Shown in pieces: positions 1 through 9,652 of a DNA stretch of 57,637 bases (the first letter of the stretch is position 1; every line of letters begins with the position of its first letter). Source of the DNA: an uncultured Candidatus Saccharibacteria bacterium (GTDB lineage: Bacteria; Patescibacteriota; Minisyncoccia; Phycocordibacterales; UBA918); the NCBI GenBank assembly GCA_964469295.1, contig CAYXYJ010000007.1:14465-72101 (forward strand), in the 5' to 3' direction. The translations under genes and the position numbers were made by a program. The notes beneath the pieces are model-generated. The model was given only the letters and a program-made list of their open reading frames with translations, made no database searches and had not been told where the DNA came from.

Positions 1-17
1 GGATCTTTTCTCATGTT

Positions 18-929
18 TTACCGAGTCTTTAGCCAGACGTAGATATCTTCGATAGCGCGGACGCCGTCGCCGGCTGAGATGTTGTTTTGGTGATATTTAA
101 TATTAGTACAATCACCAGCGGCCCAGACGCCAAGGACATTGGTTTGCTGCGTCCAGGGGTCAATCTTGATACGATTCATATCATCACGCTCTACCACTCC
201 GTTTACAAAATCAGTGGCCGGAATCATACCAATTTCCACAAATATGCCACCTACGGCCAGTGAATCGGTTTTGCCATCAACGACATACTCAAGAGTTGTT
301 ACAAAAGTTTCTCCGGCCACACCAGTGGGAACGGCGTTTTTTATCGCGCGCATATTCGGATGGGTGAGTACTTTTTCAACGGTAATGGCGTCGGCCTTAA
401 AATCTCCTCGCGACAACAAGGTAACGCTTCTGGCATAGGCGAGCAGTTGAGCTGCGGTTTCAAACCCAGCGTTGCCCCCGCCAACTACCGCGACATCTTG
501 TCCAGCAAACATCGGTCCGTCGCATGATGCGCAGTACGTGAGTCCTTTGTGTTCGTATTGGTCGGCGCCGGGTACGTCTAATCGGCGTCGTGATGATCCG
601 GTGGCAATCAGGAGCGCTTTGCTTTCGTAAGTAGTGGTACCCACAGTTACCGTAATGGTATCGTTGTTTTTATGAATGGACGTGACCGGTTTGCCGGCTA
701 CCACCGTGACATAATCGCCAGCGTACGATAGCAAATGACCTTTTAAATCAGCGGCCAACTTATCGCCACTAATTGATGGTGTCCCAATCCAGTTTTGGAT
801 ATCTGGTGAGACAATACTTTGTCCGCCCCAATCAGTCGTAATAAAACAGGTAGAAAGTCGTTTGCGCGCTGCGTAGACACCAGCAGCGACGCCAGCCGGT
901 CCTCCGCCAATAATAATCAAATCAAACAT
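18..929 (-). CDS. trxB: Thioredoxin-disulfide reductase (TrxB/AhpF C-terminal-like)
   Basis: GGGPAG FAD motif, CASC redox motif, GGGNAG NADPH motif, C-terminal AAGD motif. Confidence 0.9.
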   Translation of the reverse strand: MFDLIIIGGGPAGVAAGVYAARKRLSTCFITTDWGGQSIVSPDIQNWIGTPSISGDKLAADLKGHLLSYAGDYVTVVAGKPVTSIHKNNDTITVTVGTTTYESKALLIATGSSRRRLDVPGADQYEHKGLTYCASCDGPMFAGQDVAVVGGGNAGFETAAQLLAYARSVTLLSRGDFKADAITVEKVLTHPNMRAIKNAVPTGVAGETFVTTLEYVVDGKTDSLAVGGIFVEIGMIPATDFVNGVVERDDMNRIKIDPWTQQTNVLGVWAAGDCTNIKYHQNNISAGDGVRAIEDIYVWLKTR

Positions 930-1017
930 ACAGGCATCATGACGTTAATGAATCAGGTGCTCTAGTGTACCACAACTACCCTTGACCCGTATACTAGAGA
1001 GGGGTATATTGCACCAT

Positions 1018-1251
1018 ATGAAAGCTATTGTTAATCGGTTAAAACGACTGGAAGGACAAATCGCTCGCGTCCGTCAAGAAATCGAAACTGAAGCTGTCTG
1101 TGCGGATTTAATTCCCCAGTTGCTGGCGACGAAAGGGGCATTGGATTCGGCTATTCGTGAATATGTCACTGAATCGCTTCGGGGATGTCCGGGCAAAGCT
1201 ACTGCCGAACAAACCCAATTATTGATAGAAACAATCATAAAAAAGTTGTAA
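1018..1251 (+). CDS. CsoR/RcnR-family metal-sensing repressor
   Basis: IVNRLKRLEGQI...C.DLIPQLLA.KGAL signature; start moved to ATG 1018. Confidence 0.85.
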   Translation: MKAIVNRLKRLEGQIARVRQEIETEAVCADLIPQLLATKGALDSAIREYVTESLRGCPGKATAEQTQLLIETIIKKL

Positions 1252-1285
1252 ACAAAAACACCCACGATCGGGTGTTTTTGTTTAC
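1248..1285. terminator. 16-bp inverted repeat, likely bidirectional terminator
   Basis: GTAAACAAAAACACCC-acgatc-GGGTGTTTTTGTTTAC overlapping the csoR stop. Confidence 0.7.
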
Positions 1286-1368
1286 TTCTGTACAGCCAAG
1301 GAGTGAGTTGTTGCTGAAATCGTGCAGTCCATTATTTTAATTTAGAACGACGCAAAAATGCAGGGACA

Positions 1369-1482
1369 GGTCACAAGTTACTAAGCATAATCATTCACTA
1401 CGTTCTGATTCTGCTAAGTACTTCTGACCACGGCTCGCTGGTTCGGCTCCTGCGGAGTCGCCTCATATCGCTGCGCCCGGCT
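1369..1482 (-). repeat. Structured dispersed element, subfamily B (ftsZ 3' trailer)
   Basis: Aligns by eye with 20677-20788; 12-nt loop TTCACTACGTTC at 1394-1405. Confidence 0.8.
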
Positions 1483-1488
1483 ATGCTG

Positions 1489-2763
1489 CTATTTCAGCTT
1501 GCTGCGCCGCAGAAATGCAGGCACAGCCCCCCAATCGTCCTCATCATCTTCATCCACGGGGTCAACTGGTTTTGGATCACGTCTTGGAAGTTCAGGTTTT
1601 GGTTCCGGCATGGTATCCACGCGTGGCGCCACTGGTGCTTCTTCAGGTTCTGCTTTGCGTGGATTTGTCAGTGAATTAAAAATCCGTCCGCGGATAGGTT
1701 CGGCTGGTTGTTCGCGTTCAATAGTCTCTTCACGGACTGGTGTTGAAACGGAAACTGGCGGAGCAATCGGCGCTCGTCTGGCAATCGGAGTATTATGAGA
1801 ACCACTTTCTTCAGGGAAACCAGTAGCAATCACGGTCACTTTTACTTCGTTCTTTTTTAGCTTGTCATCTTTAATTGCGCCAAAGATAACGCGAGCTTGT
1901 GGATCAATTGACTCAGTGATAACGCGAGCCGCATCTTGGATTTCGAGCATCCCTAAATCGTCGCCGCCAGCAATTGCAAAGAGTACACCCTTGGCTCCGG
2001 TGATAGATACTTCGAGTAATGGGGAATTGATTGCACTGCGCGCCGCTTCCTCGGCCCGCTTTTCACCAGTGGAAACACCAACGCCCATAAGTGCTGATCC
2101 AGCGTTTTCCATAACGCTACGAATATCAGCAAAGTCAACGTTAATGATACCAGGCATGGTAATCAAATCAGAGATACCTTCAACTGCTTGTTTGAGGACA
2201 TTGTCACATTGTTCAAAAGCACTTTTCACAGTGGTTTCTTTATCTACAATCGCGAGGAGTCGGTCGTTTGGAATGGTGATGAGCGCGTCTACTTCTTTTT
2301 TAAGTTCTTCAATGCCTTGCATCGCCAAACGCATACGTTCTTGTCCTTCGAACATGAATGGTTTGGTTACTACCCCAACAGTGAGGGCTCCACTTTCGCG
2401 AGCGATTTTTGCAACCACCGGAGCGGCCCCGGTACCGGTACCGCCACCCATACCACAGGTCACAAAAATCATGTCTGAGCCTTTGATAGCGTTAGCAATT
2501 TCTTCACGAGTTTCCTCAGCTGCGCGGCGGCCCATATCAGGATTTCCTCCAGCTCCCAGTCCGCGGGTGAGATTTTTTCCGACATGAATCTTACGCTTGG
2601 CAAGTGAGTGGTGTAAATCTTGCGCGTCACTGTTGATGGCAATAAACTCAACACCTTTTACTTTGGCACCAACCATATAGTTCACGGCGTTATTGCCTGA
2701 ACCGCCAACACCAACGACGCGGATTCGCGCAAATGATTCGACGTCTGTTTTAATTTGTTCCAT
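1489..2763 (-). CDS. ftsZ: Cell division protein FtsZ
   Basis: GGGTGTG tubulin signature; C-terminal VPAFLRR peptide. Confidence 0.99.
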   Translation of the reverse strand: MEQIKTDVESFARIRVVGVGGSGNNAVNYMVGAKVKGVEFIAINSDAQDLHHSLAKRKIHVGKNLTRGLGAGGNPDMGRRAAEETREEIANAIKGSDMIFVTCGMGGGTGTGAAPVVAKIARESGALTVGVVTKPFMFEGQERMRLAMQGIEELKKEVDALITIPNDRLLAIVDKETTVKSAFEQCDNVLKQAVEGISDLITMPGIINVDFADIRSVMENAGSALMGVGVSTGEKRAEEAARSAINSPLLEVSITGAKGVLFAIAGGDDLGMLEIQDAARVITESIDPQARVIFGAIKDDKLKKNEVKVTVIATGFPEESGSHNTPIARRAPIAPPVSVSTPVREETIEREQPAEPIRGRIFNSLTNPRKAEPEEAPVAPRVDTMPEPKPELPRRDPKPVDPVDEDDEDDWGAVPAFLRRSKLK

Positions 2764-2937
2764 GATAGTATGCGACTAGTGAATAAATTCCAAAACTGCA
2801 CCGAAAAGACACTGGTACCCAACGTCATTTCTAGATGCACACATCATACAGGGAATAAAAGTATCTGTCACGATATTGACTAATACCGGTTTCGTGTTTT
2901 TGACGGATTACAATAAATGTTATTTTATTAAAACGTA

Positions 2938-4107
2938 TCAAGGAAGAAATTGAGATAACCATTCAAGGAGTGTTCGTTTTGTTTGCTTTACTACACCAAG
3001 TGCGGTTGTTTCGGTGCCGTCACTCGCCCCCAGCATACATAGTCCGTACGCAACCGCCCAAGACGCGTCACGAACTTTAGTGTTCTTTCCAAATTCAAGT
3101 GTGGCTACACGAGCTGGCAAATTGAGAGTATTTCGAGCCAGGTCTTGGATACCAACCGTCGTTGATCCACCGCCAGTTAAAATGATGCCGGCTGGTAATA
3201 AGCCATCTTTCTTAATTTTTTTCAGATGTAATCCCACCAATTCAAATATGTCACTCAACCGAGCATTGATAATTTCTTCTAATTTCCGTTTTGGAAACGT
3301 TGCCGATGTCATGCCACCGCGCTTCACTTTCTCAGCTTCTTCAAGAGGGATACGTAACCCAAGGGCAATATCATTCGTAATATCATTGGCACCAATTGGG
3401 AAGACTTTTAGAGAGATGGGAGTGAGGTCTTCAAAGACGACGGTTGAGACTGTTTCTGCACCGATGTTCGCCAAGATACAACCGGCACGTCGTTGCGCTT
3501 TTGATAATATGACAAAACTGGCCGCCAGTGGGGAAGCCATCACATCCTCGACATAAATACCCGTATGTTCTACGGCGCCGATGAGATCGTTTAGATGTTG
3601 TTCGTAGGTAGTAATGAACAACGTGTCTACCTCAAGTTTCGTGCCACGCATACCTTGGGGTTTCCCGAGAACGGCTTCGCCGTCAATGCGGTACCGAAGG
3701 GGAATGGCGTGAATGATTTTTCGGTTGGGGATGTGATCAATAATGCGATCCTCACTATCTTGTGCCACTTTTTCGATGTCAATGGTAGTGATTTCGGAAT
3801 CAGCCCGTGAAGTGATTACTTCTCCCGTAGACACAATTTCGTCCAATCCGATACTTCCAATTGATACATACGCCTTTTTTACTTCCACCCCGGCTACCTT
3901 TTCGGCTTGAGCGACGGCACTGCGAATGCTTCGAACAACATCACTCTCGCTCGTGATATAGCCATTACGTAAACCGCGGCTTTCGGCAAAGCCAGTACCA
4001 ATGACTTGGGGTAATCCGCGTTCGTTTTTGCCTTTGGGGACGCGAACAATAGCTACCTTTACTTGGTAGGTGCCCACATCGATACCAGTGATAATATGAT
4101 CAGACAT
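2938..4107 (-). CDS. ftsA: Cell division protein FtsA
   Basis: GIDVGT actin-like motif, NIGAETV, LTGGGS; directly upstream of ftsZ. Confidence 0.95.
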   Translation of the reverse strand: MSDHIITGIDVGTYQVKVAIVRVPKGKNERGLPQVIGTGFAESRGLRNGYITSESDVVRSIRSAVAQAEKVAGVEVKKAYVSIGSIGLDEIVSTGEVITSRADSEITTIDIEKVAQDSEDRIIDHIPNRKIIHAIPLRYRIDGEAVLGKPQGMRGTKLEVDTLFITTYEQHLNDLIGAVEHTGIYVEDVMASPLAASFVILSKAQRRAGCILANIGAETVSTVVFEDLTPISLKVFPIGANDITNDIALGLRIPLEEAEKVKRGGMTSATFPKRKLEEIINARLSDIFELVGLHLKKIKKDGLLPAGIILTGGGSTTVGIQDLARNTLNLPARVATLEFGKNTKVRDASWAVAYGLCMLGASDGTETTALGVVKQTKRTLLEWLSQFLP

Positions 4108-4124
4108 AGAAGAGTATAGACATA

Positions 4125-4505
4125 TTACACGATTCCGTATTTACGGAGATATCGTTGTTCTTGGGCATCCATGGCGTCACTGTGGTCAAAACCTTTTAAA
4201 TGGAGTAGTCCATGGATAAATAAATAAGCGACGTATCCTTTGACGGTGAGGTTAAATTTTTTTGCTTCCCTCACTGCTACTGTCGGACAGATGTATATTT
4301 CTCCCGTATCCGGCGTCAAAGGAAAAGACAGTACATTGGGTGTGTACGTTTTTTGTCGATACTGTTCATTCAATTGTTGTGCTCTGCGGGCGCCAACAAA
4401 TTGTACGGTCAATGTGTAGCGTTTTCCAATGATGTCATTTTTAATCGTCTCGTATGGCCAATGAGGATACGTTTTGACGGTGCTGTGGAGTGAGAACGTA
4501 GACAT
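4125..4505 (-). CDS. ybeY: rRNA maturation RNase YbeY
   Basis: NVLSF and HGLLHLKGFDH metal-binding motif. Confidence 0.95.
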   Translation of the reverse strand: MSTFSLHSTVKTYPHWPYETIKNDIIGKRYTLTVQFVGARRAQQLNEQYRQKTYTPNVLSFPLTPDTGEIYICPTVAVREAKKFNLTVKGYVAYLFIHGLLHLKGFDHSDAMDAQEQRYLRKYGIV

Positions 4506-4589
4506 GATATTTTAGTATGCCATATTTTTGCCCCAAAATTAAGATTTTGCCTGTGAGTCAGTTTGAATTGTGATGATGATAGGAAGGTG

Positions 4590-4648
4590 GCCGTCGCGGC
4601 TAAGAAAATCCCCCTCGCAGCGAGGGGGATTTTCTTAGCCGCGACGGC
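4590..4648. repeat. Perfect 29-bp-arm palindrome overlapping the rpsU stop
   Basis: GCCGTCGCGGCTAAGAAAATCCCCCTCGC-a-reverse complement. Confidence 0.95.
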
Positions 4649-4883
4649 TACGAGTTCGTTCTTGTACCTTACCAAGTTTCAAGAGAGTTTCGTAGGTTTC
4701 TTTCTTGATGAGCTTTTTAAGGCGAGCGGTTTTTTGCACGTTGCGACTTTTGACGCGAGTGCGATATCGACCGCTACGAACTTTGTTCATTATTCCGGCA
4801 CCTTGGACACGCTTTGTAAAGCGACGAATGACATTCGCACTGCTTTCATTGGTGTTTTTAGTGACTGCTACATTTGTTGCCAT
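4635..4883 (-). CDS. rpsU: 30S ribosomal protein bS21 (CPR-type)
   Basis: V.V.KN.NESSANVIRRFTKRVQ.AGI pattern; small basic protein; start MATNV. Confidence 0.75.
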   Translation of the reverse strand: MATNVAVTKNTNESSANVIRRFTKRVQGAGIMNKVRSGRYRTRVKSRNVQKTARLKKLIKKETYETLLKLGKVQERTRSRRG

Positions 4884-4941
4884 ATGTGGGCATGAGCATA
4901 TCATGGTATCTAGGGAACTGCAAGTAACCCTACAACCATAT

Positions 4942-6117
4942 TTATGCAGTAACTAGGATGCTCTTGCGTAGCCGTTTGGCAACGGTAGTGTGTGGGATTG
5001 ATTCTTGTTTACGGGCTTCCATATCGCGCAAAATCACTGTTCCGTCGACAAATTCCTTTTGACCGATGATGATGACGTGTTTGACACCTTTCATTTCAGC
5101 ATCGCGCAGTTGGGCAGACAGTGAATCATTGGCTAAATCTTGCATGACCGTAATGCCGGCTTTACGGAGCTCGTCAATGATTAATATACTGCGCACTTTT
5201 GGTCCAAAGCCAAGTTGAATGATGTAGACTGACGGTGTTTCTACCTTTATTCGAGGGACTCGCAGTGGAGCGGGGCGTTCACTCAGTAAAGCCACAGCAG
5301 CCACTCCGCCGGTTTTGCGCTTGGCTTTACGTTCAAGGAACGTATCAAATCGTCCGCCGCGCAATGTCAACAACCCACCGTTATTGGTCGTATCGCCAAT
5401 GGTTTCGATAGCAAAGAGAGCGTCACTATAACAATCGTGATGTCCAAGCATCTTTGGATCAATTTCGTATGGAGTGGCGCTCATATCGAGAAATTCGATA
5501 ATATCACGAAAATGTTTGCGACTTTGGTCGCTGAGATATTCAAGCGGGTTTGGTGATTTATAGGCGAGCTCATGATCTTCATCAATCAGGGTTTGTAGCG
5601 CCAAGAGAGAGTGAGATTTCAGCGCTTCGCGGGCAGTTTGTGGCATGGCATCAACACGTTTGCGCAAAAAATTAGTCAGTTCGCGACTATAGCGGGTGAC
5701 GGATTCAGTATCACCTAGTGAATTAATGCGTACGACATGATCAGTTTGGCCTAGTTCGTTGGCAATGGCGCGCATGGTTTGAATAAGAACCGCTTCAGCG
5801 ATACTTTTTTGAACATTAAAAATGTGAAGCGACAACGCGGTTTCATTTTCGTTGGCGGTCGTATCTATTGTATAGAGAAAGAGCGGTTTGCCATAGGCAT
5901 GCAAACCAGCTTCACAAAACGTCAACACACCACGAGCTAAATGTCCGTGCACCCCATCAGTAGCATAGTCACCAGCAGTAATCGTGTGTGACAAGGCGAT
6001 AACACAATCTTTACATTCTGGTATATTAGCGAGCGTGTCAATCGTTTGAAAGCCAAAGTGTTCTGCGGTATGAGCAGCGATCTTGATGAATTCAGTTGGA
6101 CTGTGGGTGATACGCAT
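4942..6117 (-). CDS. Degenerate histidyl-tRNA synthetase paralog with anticodon-binding domain
   Basis: HisRS-like INSLGD..S...Y, GGRFD and C-terminal anticodon domain (IIIGQKE..GTVILRDM); motif 2 absent. Confidence 0.8.
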   Translation of the reverse strand: MRITHSPTEFIKIAAHTAEHFGFQTIDTLANIPECKDCVIALSHTITAGDYATDGVHGHLARGVLTFCEAGLHAYGKPLFLYTIDTTANENETALSLHIFNVQKSIAEAVLIQTMRAIANELGQTDHVVRINSLGDTESVTRYSRELTNFLRKRVDAMPQTAREALKSHSLLALQTLIDEDHELAYKSPNPLEYLSDQSRKHFRDIIEFLDMSATPYEIDPKMLGHHDCYSDALFAIETIGDTTNNGGLLTLRGGRFDTFLERKAKRKTGGVAAVALLSERPAPLRVPRIKVETPSVYIIQLGFGPKVRSILIIDELRKAGITVMQDLANDSLSAQLRDAEMKGVKHVIIIGQKEFVDGTVILRDMEARKQESIPHTTVAKRLRKSILVTA

Positions 6118-6127
6118 AGCAATGTAA

Positions 6128-6763
6128 TTATTGAGTTTGGATAATAGCATCTATATCAACAGCGCCGGGAAGAAAATCCAATTCCTTAGGTGGGAACAAA
6201 CGCATATAAGCTCGTCCGACAATGCGTTCTTCTTGTAATACGCCCCAAATACGAGAATCAGAGCTTTGGTCACGATTATCACCCATCACAAAATATTCTC
6301 GATCACCAAGCTCTTCGGTGACATAGGATCCCTTATCCATGCTTTTAATATATGATTCGTCCCAAGTAAATCCGTTTGGATGACTTTCGTTCGTGATAGT
6401 GACGGTTGATCCATCGATAGTGACGGTATCACCGGGTAGTCCAATGATACGTTTAATGAAAAATTTCGACGGGTCTTTGGGATAGCGGAATATGACGACA
6501 TCACCACGTTTTGGTTCGTTAAATGTATAGGTGAGCTGGTCGACAATGAGGTACTCACCACTATGGAAGGTGTTTTCCATAGATGCTCCAGACACAATAA
6601 ATGGCTGAGCAATAAACATCCGAATCGGAATCACAATAATGAGCGCGAGAATGGTGAAGCGAATGATTTCAGTTAACGGATGTTCGGCTGGTGGAGGAAT
6701 GGGGGTTGCGTCATCAGGAGTTTCTATGACGACAGGAGACGATGTACGAGAGAACAATGACAT
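6128..6763 (-). CDS. lepB: Signal peptidase I
   Basis: SGASMENT catalytic Ser, FIKRIIG catalytic Lys, GDNRDQSSDSR. Confidence 0.95.
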   Translation of the reverse strand: MSLFSRTSSPVVIETPDDATPIPPPAEHPLTEIIRFTILALIIVIPIRMFIAQPFIVSGASMENTFHSGEYLIVDQLTYTFNEPKRGDVVIFRYPKDPSKFFIKRIIGLPGDTVTIDGSTVTITNESHPNGFTWDESYIKSMDKGSYVTEELGDREYFVMGDNRDQSSDSRIWGVLQEERIVGRAYMRLFPPKELDFLPGAVDIDAIIQTQ

Positions 6764-6871
6764 ACCGTAGATAATGATGACATCATTATACTTGATATAA
6801 AATGAAAAACAAATTTTCGTTGCTATATCATTACAAAAAATAAATATTTTTTGTAATGATATACTAAGTGC

Positions 6872-7471
6872 ATGTTTTATATTGTTGGTCTTGGTAATCC
6901 AGGTGCGCAGTACGCACAGACGCGACACAATATTGGCTTTGTGGTGCTTGATGCGTGTGTCGCGAGTTGGGGACTATCGTTACCAACTCTTAAAAAAAAG
7001 TATCAAGGCGACGTGAGCGAAGGAGAGTGTGGTGCTGCATCCGTGATGTTGTTGTATCCGCAGACATTTATGAATAACAGTGGGCTAGCGGTGGCATCAT
7101 TGTTGCCAAAAGATAGTCTGTCACGGCTGGTTCTTGTCTACGATGATGTCGATTTGCCAATCGGGACGGTAAAAGTTTCTTTTGGGAATGGCGCCGGCGG
7201 ACACAATGGAGTAGCGTCGGTGATTGAACGGTTGGGAAGTAAGGATTTTATCCGGGTGCGCATTGGCGTCGCAAAAGTAGGTGAGGAGACCGGTAAACCA
7301 ATCCGTCCCACTGGTGATGAGTTGGCGTCATATGTACTTGGTAAATTTTCACCAGCTGAACAAACGGTAGTGGAAGCGTTGTTACCTAAAATAGTTATCG
7401 TATTGGAAGATATTGTGCGTGACGGTTACGAGCGGGCGATGCAACGCTGGAATGGAGTATCGTTGGGATAA
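6872..7471 (+). CDS. pth: Peptidyl-tRNA hydrolase
   Basis: GLGNPG..YAQTRHNIGF, TFMNNSG, GGHNG motifs. Confidence 0.97.
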   Translation: MFYIVGLGNPGAQYAQTRHNIGFVVLDACVASWGLSLPTLKKKYQGDVSEGECGAASVMLLYPQTFMNNSGLAVASLLPKDSLSRLVLVYDDVDLPIGTVKVSFGNGAGGHNGVASVIERLGSKDFIRVRIGVAKVGEETGKPIRPTGDELASYVLGKFSPAEQTVVEALLPKIVIVLEDIVRDGYERAMQRWNGVSLG

Positions 7472-7494
7472 ATCAGCTCTATGGAAGAAACGCA

Positions 7495-7531
7495 AGAAAC
7501 CGCGGCGGGCCTTTGGCCCGCCGCGGTTTCT
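7495..7531. terminator. 17-bp GC-rich hairpin between convergent pth and rpsA
   Basis: AGAAACCGCGGCGGGCC-ttt-GGCCCGCCGCGGTTTCT. Confidence 0.75.
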
Positions 7532-7550
7532 GTTGTATCTCTTTACTCCC

Positions 7551-8636
7551 TTACTTTTGTTCGACGTCCTTAAACGTCAAGGTCATCCGTTGTTCAGTTG
7601 GCTCAAAGAGAGAAATCTTGAACTGGTAGACACTACCAAGCGATAACGTGGCTTTCATTTTTTCTTCTGATTCAAATTCAGAGATATGCACGAGTCCAGC
7701 GACGCCTTCTTGGATTGATGCTAACGCACCATGTTTGTTGTACTTGATGACCACGCCAGGAACGATTTGGTCTTTGGCAAATTTACCAGACGCTTCGGTC
7801 CATGGATTTTCACGAAGTTGTTTGATTGACAAAGAAATTTTATCATCTTTCACTTCGATGACTTTTACTTTTACTTTGTCGCCAACCTTGTAAAGGCTAC
7901 GCGTATTTTCTACGAGACCCCAATCCAGTTCTGAAATATGAACGAGACCTTCGAGTCCTTGTTCAATTTTAACGAATACTCCAAAGTCTACCGCACCGGT
8001 TACTTCACCATCGAGTACATCGCCGACTTCGTACTTACCGATTTTTTCACCCTTTTCTTCTTTTTCTTGGTGACCTTTTTCAGAGAAAATGAGCTTGTGT
8101 TCTTTTTGGTCGGCCGTAATCATCACGACTGACAAGTGGTTGCCAATCAGTGAATTAAGGGCCGTGAGGATTTTATCCTTGTCACCATTATCAACCCGTG
8201 GATAGTTGTCTGGACCAAGTTGAGATGCTGGAAGGAACCCTTGGATGCCTTGCCATTCCATAATCAGCCCACCCTTGTTCGCTTCTTTCACTTCGAGCGA
8301 CATGACCGTACCTTTCTTGACGGCTTCTTCGGCGTCTGCCCAAATAAGCGCTTGGCGAGCTTCTTTGAGAGAGAGTTCGATGTACCCGTCTTTGTTGTTG
8401 ATGTCTACTACCTTGGCAGCGATGGTGTCGCCGACACTGACTTTGCGGAGAATGTCACGCGCATTCATGTATTCACGGCCAAAGATGATACCGGTACCAA
8501 ATGGTGGTAAGTCAACGAAAACTCGTGCACGGCCGATGGCTGACACAGTTCCTTCAACTAACTGTCCTTCCTTTGGTGCTTCGGGAATAGTGGTGACGTA
8601 CTGTTGCATTACGCCGTTAGTTACTTCTTCTGACAT
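7551..8636 (-). CDS. rpsA: 30S ribosomal protein S1 (short form)
   Basis: Repeated S1 domains (GVFVKIE..LEGLVHISEL); start moved to MSEEV. Confidence 0.93.
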   Translation of the reverse strand: MSEEVTNGVMQQYVTTIPEAPKEGQLVEGTVSAIGRARVFVDLPPFGTGIIFGREYMNARDILRKVSVGDTIAAKVVDINNKDGYIELSLKEARQALIWADAEEAVKKGTVMSLEVKEANKGGLIMEWQGIQGFLPASQLGPDNYPRVDNGDKDKILTALNSLIGNHLSVVMITADQKEHKLIFSEKGHQEKEEKGEKIGKYEVGDVLDGEVTGAVDFGVFVKIEQGLEGLVHISELDWGLVENTRSLYKVGDKVKVKVIEVKDDKISLSIKQLRENPWTEASGKFAKDQIVPGVVIKYNKHGALASIQEGVAGLVHISEFESEEKMKATLSLGSVYQFKISLFEPTEQRMTLTFKDVEQK

Positions 8637-8798
8637 ATTACGTATATATATGTGTTTATTCCGACGACACGCGTCTGGGTTACCGTTGCTCATGGCCGTA
8701 GTCCATAAACCCAGGGTTAACGTGTGTCGCTAGAAACTGATAATTACCTTGCGGTACGCGCGACTATACCAGAAATGATTATGGTTGTAAATGATGAA

Positions 8799-8819
8799 CC
8801 GCCGGGCAAAGCCCGGCGG
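8799..8819 (-). terminator. Hairpin downstream of the small ORF
   Basis: CCGCCGGGC-aaa-GCCCGGCGG. Confidence 0.55.
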
Positions 8820-8836
8820 GGAATGGGGAAGTGCTA

Positions 8837-8923
8837 TTACTTCCAAAACAAGGGCAAGAAAGCGAGTGCGGTAAAGATGACCGCCGCCCCGCCCGCCATG
8901 CCGTAGGCCAGTATTTCAATCAT
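8837..8923 (-). CDS. Unannotated 28-aa hydrophobic small protein (MIEILAYGMAGGAAVIFTALAFLPLFWK)
   Basis: AGGAGG 8 nt before the ATG (alternative ATG at 8929); tandem TAA TAG stops; hairpin downstream; single TM-like segment. Confidence 0.6.
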   Translation of the reverse strand: MIEILAYGMAGGAAVIFTALAFLPLFWK

Positions 8924-9015
8924 GAACATTTCCTCCTACGCATATATAACAATCCATACAGTGTTTGAGTTACATTTTTGCAGAACTAGCCACAACGACG
9001 TATACTACTACCACT

Positions 9016-9636
9016 ATGGTAATCACACATCACGGCGGGCAGTGTTTTAAGGTGTCATTTGGCGATACTACCCTCGCCTTTGATCCAATTGCCAAGGCTT
9101 CAAAGCTGACCCCGGTCAAGTTTGGCGCTGATGTGGCTTTTGTATCTCTCAATCATCCGGATTTTAATGGTGTCGAAAACGCTTCACATGGCGCGAAAGC
9201 TCCATTTGTGGTGCAAGGTCCCGGCGAATACGAAATTGGGTCAGTGACGGCTCGGGGGTATGGAGTAAAAACCATGTACGCCAACAAAGAACATTACTCT
9301 ACTATCTATCAAGTCCGTCTCGAAGATATCAATATGGTTTTTTTGGGGGCGTTAAGTAATCCAGACATTGATCCAAAAATTCTCGGTGAATTGGGTGATG
9401 TGGATATTTTGTTTGTACCAATCGGTGGCGGTGATGTACTTGAAGTACCACAAGCAGCCAAATTAGGACTCAAGTTGGAGGCAAAATTGATTATTCCGAT
9501 GCATTATGACGCGACTGCACTGAAAGCGTTTTTGAAAGAGGCCGGTGCCGATGGGGTAACGCCGGTTGATAAACTGACGATCAAGAAAAAAGATGTAAAC
9601 GAAATGGAAGGAGAAATTGTCGTGTTATCTGTGTAA
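9016..9636 (+). CDS. MBL-fold metallo-hydrolase-like protein (degenerate metal motif)
   Basis: ITHHGGQCF, SLNHPDFN, DILFVPIGG, IIPMHY. Confidence 0.8.
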   Translation: MVITHHGGQCFKVSFGDTTLAFDPIAKASKLTPVKFGADVAFVSLNHPDFNGVENASHGAKAPFVVQGPGEYEIGSVTARGYGVKTMYANKEHYSTIYQVRLEDINMVFLGALSNPDIDPKILGELGDVDILFVPIGGGDVLEVPQAAKLGLKLEAKLIIPMHYDATALKAFLKEAGADGVTPVDKLTIKKKDVNEMEGEIVVLSV

Positions 9637-9652
9637 CCGCGTATTTTGCCGT

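Noticed and set aside
1499-3810. Long antisense ORFs over ftsZ and ftsA (e.g. 1862-2587, 3014-3556)
   Set aside because: These are shadow frames of conserved genes with no motifs of their own. The same applies to those over gyrA (11626-12549), clpB, the SPFH gene and topA.
4409-4895. ORFs 4409-4675 and 4563-4895 sharing the peptide VAVAAKKIPLAARGIFLAATAT
   Set aside because: The shared peptide is just the 29-bp palindrome read on both strands.
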